NCBI GenBank assembly: GCA_903864515.1
Contig: CAIPFZ010000018.1
Coordinates: 17,290 to 81,289 of the forward strand
Length of the DNA: 64,000 nt
Source: an uncultured bacterium
Lineage (GTDB): Bacteria > Patescibacteriota > Minisyncoccia > Phycocordibacterales > CAIZLB01
Reading direction: 5' to 3'
Numbering within the stretch: position 1 is the stretch's first letter; each line of letters opens with the position of its first letter. Positions 29,454 through 37,374 of this stretch are shown here, piece after piece. Under the pieces are notes generated by a model. That model made no database searches and was not told the origin of the DNA. It worked only from the letters and a program-made list of their open reading frames with translations. The translations under genes and the position numbers were made by a program.

Positions 29454-30182
29454 ATGCTTTATTTAATCTACGGAACAAATACAAACAAGGTACGAGCAAA
29501 ACAGAGGGAGCTTGTTGCTATTATGCAGAGTAAACAACCTAATGTTTCTTTGTATAGGGTTACTACAGAAAATTGGAAGGACTCATCTTTGGAAGAATTA
29601 TTGGGAAGTCAGGGTTTATTTTTAGCAAAGTATATTGTGACACTGGATAAGTTGTTGGAAGATAAGGAAATTGGATCGGAAATTATCGGTTTGCTGGAGG
29701 AAATGAAGGGAAGTGATCATGCTTGGATAATTTTAGAAGACAAGGTCTCCACCCCCAATCTTAAAAAGATAGAAAAGTTTGCATATAAGGTTTTTGATTT
29801 CAATGAATCTGTTGGTTCGCAAGCTGGAACTGAGAAAAAACGTCCACTTGCATTTGATTTTGCCGAGCAATTTGCTGGAAAAAATAAAGTTGGGGCGTGG
29901 GGTGAGTTTATTAAACTAAAGGACGCCGAGCTTGCAGGGGAGGAAATACACGGGGTTTTGTGGTGGCAAATGAAGTCAGTCTTTCTGGCAAAGTTCTGCA
30001 AAAATGCTGAAGAATCAGGTTTGACGCCATACTCATTTCAGAAGGCCTTGAGATTATCTAAGGGGTGGGAGCTTAAGGAATTAAACATTCTGTTGGATAA
30101 ATTGGTTCAAATATATCACGAGGCCCACAGAGGAAATGGAGATTTAATGGTGGAAATGGAAGGAATGTCACTGGGACTTTAA
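29454..30182 (+). CDS. DNA polymerase III delta subunit-like (short)
   Basis: N-terminus MLYLIYGTNTNKVRAKQRELVA resembles the HolA start. Directly downstream of polA. Short for HolA, so tentative. Confidence 0.4.
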   Translation: MLYLIYGTNTNKVRAKQRELVAIMQSKQPNVSLYRVTTENWKDSSLEELLGSQGLFLAKYIVTLDKLLEDKEIGSEIIGLLEEMKGSDHAWIILEDKVSTPNLKKIEKFAYKVFDFNESVGSQAGTEKKRPLAFDFAEQFAGKNKVGAWGEFIKLKDAELAGEEIHGVLWWQMKSVFLAKFCKNAEESGLTPYSFQKALRLSKGWELKELNILLDKLVQIYHEAHRGNGDLMVEMEGMSLGL

Positions 30183-30239
30183 TATTAGCCACATCACCTT
30201 TTTGGCTCATTTTGAAACTTAATAAAAAATAATCAAAAT

Positions 30240-30296
30240 ATCGTAACTTTATAAAGTTACGATATTTTTGCTAAACTTTATAAAGTTTGATATGAT
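30240..30296 (+). promoter_or_regulatory. promoter with palindromic operator(s) upstream of the HTH-Fic gene
   Basis: -35 TTGCTA (30268-30273), 17-nt spacer, -10 TATGAT (30291-30296). The spacer is the perfect 16-bp palindrome AAACTTTATAAAGTTT (30273-30288). An extended 24-bp perfect palindrome ATCGTAACTTTATAAAGTTACGAT (30240-30263) lies just upstream. Confidence 0.5.
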
Positions 30297-30329
30297 GGTC
30301 TTGGTTTACTTATTTTACCAAACAAGTCT

Positions 30330-31283
30330 ATGAATATATCTAAAAAACTAGAAACAATACAAAAGACACTGGGTTTAACCCAAACCAAGCTTGCTGGGCA
30401 ACTTGGTGTTTCTTTCCCTACCCTTAACAGTTGGATTATTGGTAAAAGTATTCCTAGATTAAAAAAAGAAAAGATAATCAATGATTTGTTTCTAGAGGTT
30501 ACCGGCCAAAAGCAAATTCCAGAAGATGAATTAAATAAAAAAAGAAAAATTTTGCAGTATAAAACACTCGGGTATAAAAGCGTTTTGCGTGAAATTATAG
30601 ATAATCCCGACATTAGAGATCAGTTCATTCTAAAATTGACATATCACAGCAATGGTATTGAAGGTAGCACCTTAACTGAACCTGATACTGCTAATATACT
30701 GTTTAATAATATTGCTATATCTGAAAAAACATTAATGGAGCATATGGAAGCCAAAAATCATCAAACTGCTTTGTTGTATTTGTTTGATTATCTACTACAA
30801 AAGCAAAAGATAAATGAAGATCTGATACTTAAACTACACGGTATTTTAATGAATGGGATAATACCAAATGCTGGGGTGTATCGTAATCACGCTGTCAGAA
30901 TTGTTGGTGTAAACTTACCAACCTCAAACTATCTAAGTATTAAGAAAAATATTCAAGAATTGATAAGGTTTTCCGATGATTTTCTAAGTAAAAAAGATTT
31001 TAATATAATTTCTTTCTCGGCTATATTTCATAGCAAGTTTGAACAAATTCACCCCTTTTCTGATGGAAATGGAAGAATTGGACGTTTGCTTTTAAATGCC
31101 TTTTTACTTAAAGACAATATGGCGCCGGCTGTCATTAGACAAGAAAAGAAGCAGTTATATTATACATACTTATATAAATCTCAAATTAAAGAGGAATACA
31201 GTCAGTTTGAAGACTATCTTTGTGATGCAATCATGGCGGGCTTTACAATCTTAGAAAGAGAAGATGGGGAGTGGTATCTTTAA
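30330..31283 (+). CDS. Fic-family protein with N-terminal XRE-type HTH domain
   Basis: N-terminal HTH (LGLTQTKLAGQLGVSFPTLNSWIIG). Canonical Fic motif HPFSDGNGRIGR. Confidence 0.8.
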   Translation: MNISKKLETIQKTLGLTQTKLAGQLGVSFPTLNSWIIGKSIPRLKKEKIINDLFLEVTGQKQIPEDELNKKRKILQYKTLGYKSVLREIIDNPDIRDQFILKLTYHSNGIEGSTLTEPDTANILFNNIAISEKTLMEHMEAKNHQTALLYLFDYLLQKQKINEDLILKLHGILMNGIIPNAGVYRNHAVRIVGVNLPTSNYLSIKKNIQELIRFSDDFLSKKDFNIISFSAIFHSKFEQIHPFSDGNGRIGRLLLNAFLLKDNMAPAVIRQEKKQLYYTYLYKSQIKEEYSQFEDYLCDAIMAGFTILEREDGEWYL

Positions 31284-31345
31284 AATCTAAACAGACCAAA
31301 AAAAGGGGGGGTGCCTAATGCGTATTCTTTATTGATGGCAAAATT

Positions 31346-31420
31346 GTCCGCTCGGTAGGAATCGAACCTACGACCCTCTGCTTAAAAGGCAGGTGCTCTA
31401 CCGACTGAGCTACGAGCGGA
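31346..31420 (-). tRNA. tRNA-Lys (anticodon TTT)
   Basis: Reverse strand reads TCCGCTCGTAGCTCAGTCGGTAGAGCACCTGCCTTTTAAGCAGAGGGTCGTAGGTTCGATTCCTACCGAGCGGAC. Cloverleaf with anticodon loop CTTTTAA. CCA not encoded. Confidence 0.85.
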
Positions 31421-31511
31421 TATATTTGATGTAAATTAGGTACGAAATACTTATTCAGCTTTCTTGTACGTATTATCAAATAATGTTAAAACTATATCAA
31501 AAAAACAAGAA

Positions 31512-32117
31512 ATGTCTAATGCTAATAACGAAAAAACTAAAAAAGACCATAATTTAATGGGTACTTCAAATAAAAAAGCTATAAATAAGCTTAGTTTTAA
31601 CGCCGTTGTTGTTTTGCCTGACATAAGAAGTGCCCATAATGTCGGGTCTGTTTTTAGGACGGCCGATGCTGCTGGGGTAAAAAGAATATATATATCTGGT
31701 TATACTCCAACACCATTGAATAAATTTAATAAACCCCAACCCCAAATTGCTAAGACTGCCTTGGGGGCAGAAAAGACTATTGCGTGGGAATATTTTGAAA
31801 GTCACATTACTTTATTAAATAAATTAAAAAAAGAAGGCTTTAAAATTATTGCAGTAGAGCAGACAAATAATTCAATAAATTATAAGAGTTTAAGTCTGGA
31901 GGGTTTGTTTAATGATGTAAACAAAAAAACTATAGATAAAAAGACTGGAGCGGAGGGTTTGCCCATAGCTTTTGTTTTTGGAAATGAGGTTCTAGGGCTG
32001 CCTAAAAAGATTTTAGATAAGGTTGATGTTTGTATTGAGTTACCAATGAATGGAATGAAAGAATCATTAAATGTTTCAGTAACAGCTGGAATTGTCTTGT
32101 TTCAATATTTAGTTTGA
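31512..32117 (+). CDS. SpoU/TrmH-family RNA 2'-O-methyltransferase
   Basis: SPOUT motifs AVVVLPDIRSAHNVGSVFRTADAAGV, VFGNEVLGLP, and ELPMNGMKESLNVSVTAGIVLFQ. Start uncertain (31464, 31512 or 31557). Confidence 0.7.
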   Translation: MSNANNEKTKKDHNLMGTSNKKAINKLSFNAVVVLPDIRSAHNVGSVFRTADAAGVKRIYISGYTPTPLNKFNKPQPQIAKTALGAEKTIAWEYFESHITLLNKLKKEGFKIIAVEQTNNSINYKSLSLEGLFNDVNKKTIDKKTGAEGLPIAFVFGNEVLGLPKKILDKVDVCIELPMNGMKESLNVSVTAGIVLFQYLV

Positions 32118-33133
32118 TGATTCTCACAATAGTGAGTACTTCTGCCTCCAACTACAATTCTTTTGATTGTATATTTTAAGACTTCTTTTGTCTTGCCTGT
32201 TTCTGTCTTGCTTAACCTCTTGCATTCCGTTTTGCTGCACAACTCTCCCTTCTTTCTATAAACATTGTGCTGTTCTTGAAAAGATCCTTTTTCTCCATCT
32301 ATATTTCTATAATCAGACATTGAGTCTCCTCCAAAGTCTATTCCATTTGTTAAAACAGTTAAAATGGATTGAAAAAGTTTTTTAAGCGCATGTTGCGGAA
32401 TGTTTCTAACAATACTTTCTGGGTGAATATTTGAAAGCCAAAGTGCTTCATCGGAATAAATATTACCAATACCTGCAATTATTGTTTGATCCAATAGTAC
32501 TGTCTTAATTTTACCATTTGGTTTTTTATTAATTTGATCTTTAAATATTTCAAAATTAAATTCCTTGTTTAAAGGCTCTGGTCCAAGATGGGCTAAATCA
32601 GAGGAGTGAAATAATTTATCTGTTTTTATAACAGTAACTTTTGCAAACTTTCTAGTGTCAGATAAGACTAGTTTGCACCTCTCAGTGAATTCTGATTTTT
32701 TATGCAGTAAACTGAGGCTAAAAACAAGCCTTATGTGAGAATTGAATGGATCGTTCAAGGCTTGATTGTTAGTATTTGTTGGTTTCCATGGGTCATCTGA
32801 CTTAATGGATGTGGCTTTACTCCTTGTTTTTGAGGAAATGCTTGTATTTGTATATTCTCCAAACATTAAGTGACCAGTCATTTTCATGTGAATAAGAATA
32901 GTTTCCTTGTTGTCTAGATTTATTAAAATATTTTTTGCTCTACGTTCTGCATTTATAATTTTTGCTCCAATAATTCTGTTTTTGAATTCTGTGAAAAACT
33001 TCGGATCTTTAATATTCTCCTTCGATTTATAATATGGACTATTATAAATACTCCAGACATCAATTATCTTTGCGCCTTTTACTTTTTTATTTAAACCATT
33101 AACGGTTGTTTGTACTTCTGGTAATTCTGGCAT
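32102..33133 (-). CDS. mutM: formamidopyrimidine-DNA glycosylase (Fpg/Nei family)
   Basis: N-terminal MPELPEV, H2TH region, C-terminal zinc-finger cysteines (CSKTECK...HYCENHQ). Contains an insertion relative to typical Fpg. Convergently overlaps the trmH end by 16 nt. Confidence 0.75.
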   Translation of the reverse strand: MPELPEVQTTVNGLNKKVKGAKIIDVWSIYNSPYYKSKENIKDPKFFTEFKNRIIGAKIINAERRAKNILINLDNKETILIHMKMTGHLMFGEYTNTSISSKTRSKATSIKSDDPWKPTNTNNQALNDPFNSHIRLVFSLSLLHKKSEFTERCKLVLSDTRKFAKVTVIKTDKLFHSSDLAHLGPEPLNKEFNFEIFKDQINKKPNGKIKTVLLDQTIIAGIGNIYSDEALWLSNIHPESIVRNIPQHALKKLFQSILTVLTNGIDFGGDSMSDYRNIDGEKGSFQEQHNVYRKKGELCSKTECKRLSKTETGKTKEVLKYTIKRIVVGGRSTHYCENHQTKY

Positions 33134-33203
33134 TTTTGACGATTACTGTATCTTGAATAATAAAGAAATGTGGTGAGATGGTGGGGGGGGAGAAAAAAGG
33201 AGT

Positions 33204-33821
33204 TTAACTCAATACTTTAAGAGTTGCTTTAAGTATTGTACTTATGTCCTTCGTGTCTCTAATTTCCTTGGAAACATTCTCAAGCGCTTCTCTTGCTTCG
33301 CGCTGAGTATAACCTAATGCCTTAAGTGCTTCAAGTGCCTCCACTTCAATACCCCTATTTTGTTTGTTGTTTGATATTATTCCACCCTCAATTGAATCGT
33401 CATCCATATCACCCAATATCTTACCTTTTAATTCCATAACAATCTTTTCTGCGATTTTCTTACTTATCCCAGATACATTTGTTAAGTATGAAATATCTTG
33501 AGAGACAATAGCTTGTCTAAGATTTTGAGTATTAGCAAGTCCTAAAATATTCAAAGCAGATTTAGGCCCTATACCAGAAACACTAAGCAGGAGATTGAAA
33601 AAGTCTAATGAGTTTTTGTTTTTGAAGCCGTAGAGGTCTATTGCATCATCTTTGACAACGGTGTGAATCCAGATATCGACATGAGAAATACCTTCTGTTT
33701 CTGCAATAAAATCAGGGGTGGTGTAAACTTTATAACCCACACCGTTTTGATCGTTTCCTGTGTTTACGATCAAAAACTTCAAATCCCTATAAATAATGTC
33801 TCCTTTTAGGTATCCAATCAT
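33204..33821 (-). CDS. ruvA: Holliday junction DNA helicase RuvA
   Basis: OB-fold N-terminus (MIGYLKGDI), two HhH motifs (SVSGIGPKSALNIL, NVSGISKKIAEKIV), C-terminal RuvB-interaction domain. Confidence 0.85.
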   Translation of the reverse strand: MIGYLKGDIIYRDLKFLIVNTGNDQNGVGYKVYTTPDFIAETEGISHVDIWIHTVVKDDAIDLYGFKNKNSLDFFNLLLSVSGIGPKSALNILGLANTQNLRQAIVSQDISYLTNVSGISKKIAEKIVMELKGKILGDMDDDSIEGGIISNNKQNRGIEVEALEALKALGYTQREAREALENVSKEIRDTKDISTILKATLKVLS

Positions 33822-33923
33822 GTGCGCATTATAGCATATTTTATTATGGTGATTTGGTAAAAGTGATATATTTTATTGTGTAGTTGTCAAAAAACAACTT
33901 TTCTGCTATTGTTTGCAATACAT

Positions 33924-34184
33924 ATGCCAATAACCCAATCAGCAAAAAAAGCACTTAGAGGCTCAGAGAGAAAGAGAGTTGTTAATGTTCGTCGTAAGAA
34001 GAAGGTAGACATAGCTGTTAAGGCTGTTAAGACTCTTACTTCAACAGACAAAGCTACTGCTCAAACAGCTCTATCTAAGGCTTACAAGGAATTAGACAAG
34101 GCTGCAAAGAACGGTCTTATAAAGAAAGGCGCAGCAGACAGAAAGAAGTCAAGATTAAGTAAAATGGTTAAGAAGTTAAGTTAA
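33924..34184 (+). CDS. rpsT: 30S ribosomal protein S20
   Basis: MPITQSAKKALRGSERKRVVNVRRKKKVDIAVKAV is a classic S20. Start at 33924 (internal Met of track ORF 33876). Confidence 0.85.
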   Translation: MPITQSAKKALRGSERKRVVNVRRKKKVDIAVKAVKTLTSTDKATAQTALSKAYKELDKAAKNGLIKKGAADRKKSRLSKMVKKLS

Positions 34185-34205
34185 TTAAATAGATTAATTT
34201 ATCAA

Positions 34206-34236
34206 CAAAAAATACCTCATCTGAGGTATTTTTTGT
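34206..34236. terminator. bidirectional intrinsic terminator
   Basis: The sequence aaaaaatacctcatctgaggtattttttg is a 9-bp stem with A/T flanks, between rpsT (+) and the convergent membrane protein (-). Confidence 0.65.
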
Positions 34237-34244
34237 TGAGGGGA

Positions 34245-34946
34245 TTAAATAAGGGGGTCTTGCTTAAGATCCTTTGGATCTACATCATCAATATTCTTAT
34301 TATCTCCCAGTATTGTAGGGTGTTCTTTAACAATCGGCTCTGTTGTTAAGGGGACTGCGTTTCCATCCTTCTTTACCAATATGTGATGATGGGGGTTTGG
34401 TCCATTTTCTTCCTTCTGCTCCTCCTCCAATATTAGTTCCATAATAACGTCCTTAACTCTTTGAGGATTAGAAATCTGTTCAAAGAAGAATTTATTATCC
34501 TTTCCTGCAGTTTGTATCTCTATTACTCCATAATTGAAAAAAGTCGGTATTAAACCTTGAACTTTATAAGAAACGTCTTGTATTTTATCCAATTGTAATT
34601 CAGCAACTCTTCTGTTGAAAAAACCAGTCTGTAAACTGTCCACAACCCTCTCTGTTGTGACAATCCAGTTGTCTAGCGTATACATCGTAATTACATAAAA
34701 TAGCCAAAACCATAGGAATAGATAATAGGTAATCCAAAGAAAGGAGTAGATTGCTATTAAGTCATATTTAACAATTATAGAGCTAAAAGCAACTAGAAAA
34801 ACAAAGGGTAGGAATACAAAAAAGCCAATAAGTAGTATTTTTGCGGTAAGAGTAATCCAGTGTCTGTGTAAAACGAGAATAACATCTTCCTCCTCCTCTT
34901 TTCCCTCAAAAAACCAATTGTGTTTTTTTAATATTACTTTAGGCAT
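34245..34946 (-). CDS. membrane protein with bacterial PH (bPH_2/YdbT-like) domain
   Basis: Two N-terminal TM helices, then a domain ending ...VIEIQTAGKDNKFFFEQISNPQRVKDVI, typical of DUF304/bPH_2. Confidence 0.45.
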   Translation of the reverse strand: MPKVILKKHNWFFEGKEEEEDVILVLHRHWITLTAKILLIGFFVFLPFVFLVAFSSIIVKYDLIAIYSFLWITYYLFLWFWLFYVITMYTLDNWIVTTERVVDSLQTGFFNRRVAELQLDKIQDVSYKVQGLIPTFFNYGVIEIQTAGKDNKFFFEQISNPQRVKDVIMELILEEEQKEENGPNPHHHILVKKDGNAVPLTTEPIVKEHPTILGDNKNIDDVDPKDLKQDPLI

Positions 34947-34948
34947 GA

Positions 34949-35218
34949 TTATTGTGTTTTTTGTTTAAAATTATTTAAGATGACACTATTTTCCTTTATG
35001 AAAGTACTTTCACTTCCAAACATTTTTTTAAAGTCTATTTGAGTAAAGAGCATGAAGCTAAGCATACTGAGAATGATGGATCCGGCTAAAAATACAGCCA
35101 CAATTTTCTTTGGCCAAGATGTAATGCCATATTTAAGAAGGTGATACACTATAAAGAAAGCGCCCAACCAATACACAGCTAGGTATATTACTGGGATTGA
35201 AAGCATTATCTTGTTCAT
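34949..35218 (-). CDS. small membrane protein
   Basis: 89 aa with three hydrophobic segments. Immediately upstream of 34245..34946. Confidence 0.35.
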   Translation of the reverse strand: MNKIMLSIPVIYLAVYWLGAFFIVYHLLKYGITSWPKKIVAVFLAGSIILSMLSFMLFTQIDFKKMFGSESTFIKENSVILNNFKQKTQ

Positions 35219-35345
35219 GGAAGTATTTTATCACAGATAAAAATCTTTTGCCTTGAATGCCTATTGTTCTTGATTGGCTTATGTGCCAAATTCTTTAATG
35301 GGGTAGGCGTATGCTAATTGCAGTAATTAGACCTATCTTATAAAT

Positions 35346-35420
35346 TGGTGCTCCCGGTAGGAATCGAACCTACATTTTAACTTCCGCAAAGTCATGTCCT
35401 ATCCATTGAACGACGAGAGC
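35346..35420 (-). tRNA. tRNA-Arg with anticodon GCG (unusual)
   Basis: Reverse strand reads GCTCTCGTCGTTCAATGGATAGGACATGACTTTGCGGAAGTTAAAATGTAGGTTCGATTCCTACCGGGAGCACCA. Anticodon loop TTGCGGA gives GCG. D-arm and T-arm are near-identical to the tRNA-Arg(TCT) at 41012, supporting Arg identity. CCA encoded. Confidence 0.7.
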
Positions 35421-35447
35421 AATACCATAAAAAGTACCACAGATTTG

Positions 35448-35930
35448 CTAAAAACCCAAATTTTCTAGTATAAGTTGAGAAAGTGACTCCTCCATCTCCT
35501 TTTCAAGTAGATTATACAACAAAAAATCTCTAATCTCATGAGTCTCTATTCCATCAATTGGAATTATCAATAATGGGACAAGTGACTTTCTAGACTTAAT
35601 TAAAAGCTGAGACATTCTACCGTGTTCCTCATTATCTTGAACCCAAAATGACTCAAGAGTAGCGTAAGGGTAGAGTTTGTTACCAATTCTAACTCCCATT
35701 CTATTTAATTCAAATATAGTTAATTTAGGATGTCTAGACCCTACAATAGCAAGAGATATACCAATAACTATTAAAAGAATTCCAAATAGATAATTACCAA
35801 ATATAATAGAAAGAAAGGATGCTGTAACAATTAGTATTCCAAGAGACCAATACCAGTCTTTACTTTTCTCACGATGCTCATGCTCGTAAGTTTCCCAGGT
35901 TATTGATTTGACTTGTGATTCATCGTTCAT
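35448..35930 (-). CDS. hypothetical membrane protein
   Basis: Two TM helices near the N-terminus (LGILIVTASFLSIIFGNYLFGILLIVIGISLAIVG), then a soluble domain. Confidence 0.4.
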   Translation of the reverse strand: MNDESQVKSITWETYEHEHREKSKDWYWSLGILIVTASFLSIIFGNYLFGILLIVIGISLAIVGSRHPKLTIFELNRMGVRIGNKLYPYATLESFWVQDNEEHGRMSQLLIKSRKSLVPLLIIPIDGIETHEIRDFLLYNLLEKEMEESLSQLILENLGF

Positions 35931-35974
35931 AATTAAAATAATTATATCACTCGATTAATGATATTGCTATATCA

Positions 35975-36519
35975 TTAAAATTTATCTTGAAACGGAATAT
36001 CTATAAGCTTCTCGTACTTCCCACCAGAAATCTTTTTTTCATATACTCTTATAAAAGAAACTTTAAATTTAGGTAGTTTTAACAATTTGTCTTTCGCCCC
36101 TTCCTTTACTAATAATAGTTCTTGAGATGTCATCCCCCATGACGTTCCAGCTAGTGTGAGGTGAAAATGATAATTAGCACCCTCAAAATATTTTTTAGTT
36201 AATTCGTCACCAGGCTTAATTGTATTCATAAGTATTTTATGAAGGTCTGATAATTCCCTTGTGGGTGAAGGGGTTAGAAAGACAACGTTTTCTCCAAAAT
36301 TACCAACATCAACCATTGATATGTGAAAATTAGGATAACCCTGAACTGCTTTTTTAACAGAAGAAATCCAGCCCTTATCTTCAGATAATCCACCTTGAGC
36401 TTTAACTGTAATGTGAGGCTCTACCATTAGGGGACTTTATTGTTTGGAAAACTTTTTTGAAAGCTCACAATCTTTTCTTTAATATCATCTGGTAATGGAA
36501 TTCCAATAAAATACTGCAT
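35975..36519 (-). pseudogene. 2H phosphoesterase (LigT/ThpR-like) gene disrupted by a 1-nt frameshift
   Basis: The downstream part (35975..36427) carries both H-x-T/S-x motifs (HITVKAQG, HFHLTLAG). A 30-codon ORF at 36430..36519 encodes MQYFIGIPLPDDIKEKIVSFQKSFPNNKVP, the typical LigT N-terminus, in another frame. One extra C in the cccc run at about 36424-36431 would join them into one ~180-aa protein. Confidence 0.55.
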
Positions 36520-36715
36520 TTTAGTTTAATTAATTTGATGCTTTAATATTTAGATAAACAGGATAACCCTCACATATCAAGTCTTCAATGGGTACATATT
36601 AACATGTTTAAACTAAGTTGTCTGAGATGTGTGTTTTGCGATTATCTAGTTAATTTTAAGTATTCTTGTTAATATATTCACCAGAGACAGTAAACCATCA
36701 ACCTGAAAGGAAAAA

Positions 36716-37087
36716 ATGAAAACGTTTTTGTACAGACTGATATCAATTAGGAACGGAAACAAGGATGGGGTGTGGGTTTTGGGAGGAACCCTCTATTACC
36801 ATCATCAACTTCTCCTCGTGATAGAGGCTGATGATGCAGAACAAGCAGCAAAAGCTTTGGGTACTAAGATTGTTGGTTCGTTTGATCGTTCGCGTGCAAA
36901 TCTTCCAACGGTGTATTACACTGGTATTTCTCATGAAAACCAAGATCGTGCTTCCAATCACAAAGAAGGGTGTTTCTTTCTGTCACTTAAGGAATTGGAG
37001 CCGGGTGATGAATCTACGCATCCTGACTTAGTTGAGAAGACACACCTCAAGGTTACAGCACCAAGAGCAGTGCGGGTTGTCGCCTGA
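36716..37087 (+). other. GC-rich (~45%) segment open in several frames; unidentified structured RNA or foreign gene
   Basis: Three overlapping ORFs on both strands (36716-37087 +, 36743-36961 -, 36831-37031 +). G/C-ending codons are atypical for this genome. Followed by a strong hairpin and tRNA-Ser. I could not match it to tmRNA, RNase P RNA or SRP RNA by eye. Confidence 0.3.
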
Positions 37088-37115
37088 TTTACACAAACAA
37101 CCTGTATAAACAACA

Positions 37116-37142
37116 GCCCCGTCGCACTTCGTGCGACGGGGC
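37116..37142. terminator. strong GC-rich hairpin (12-bp stem, UUCG loop)
   Basis: The sequence gccccgtcgcacTTCGtgcgacggggc. On the minus strand it is followed by a U-rich tract, so it can terminate tRNA-Ser; it may also terminate the upstream GC-rich unit. Confidence 0.55.
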
Positions 37143-37164
37143 TAAGTCATGTTTATTGTATCGG

Positions 37165-37252
37165 CGGAGGAGGTGAGATTCGAACTCACGGTCCCCGTAA
37201 AGAGACTCTTGTTTTCAAGACAAGTGCATTAGACCACTCTGCCACTCCTCCG
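37165..37252 (-). tRNA. tRNA-Ser (anticodon TGA)
   Basis: Reverse strand reads GGAGGAGTGGCAGAGTGGTCTAATGCACTTGTCTTGAAAACAAGAGTCTCTTTACGGGGACCGTGAGTTCGAATCTCACCTCCTCCG. Long variable arm. Anticodon loop CTTGAAA. Confidence 0.85.
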
Positions 37253-37374
37253 TGTTTGTCATATTAGCAAAAATAAGGAAAAAAACAATAGACCACTTAA
37301 ACTATTAATTCTAAGTGATGTTTAATCAGTTTAATTAGCCATAAATCATTCTTTTTGCTAGACTAACTGTACTT

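Noticed and set aside
29454-30182. Considered a firm holA (DNA pol III delta) call
   Set aside because: Only the N-terminal LYLIYG pattern and position after polA support it. The protein is ~90 aa shorter than typical HolA, so it is kept as a low-confidence annotation.
36716-37145. Considered calling the GC-rich block tmRNA, RNase P RNA or SRP RNA
   Set aside because: No tRNA-like 3' end (GGUUCGA...CCA), no resume-codon or tag ORF ending ALAA, and no convincing P4/CR-I/CR-V RNase P elements. Only weak resemblances (CCCGGCUCC, ACAGAAAG). Left as unidentified; needs covariance-model search.
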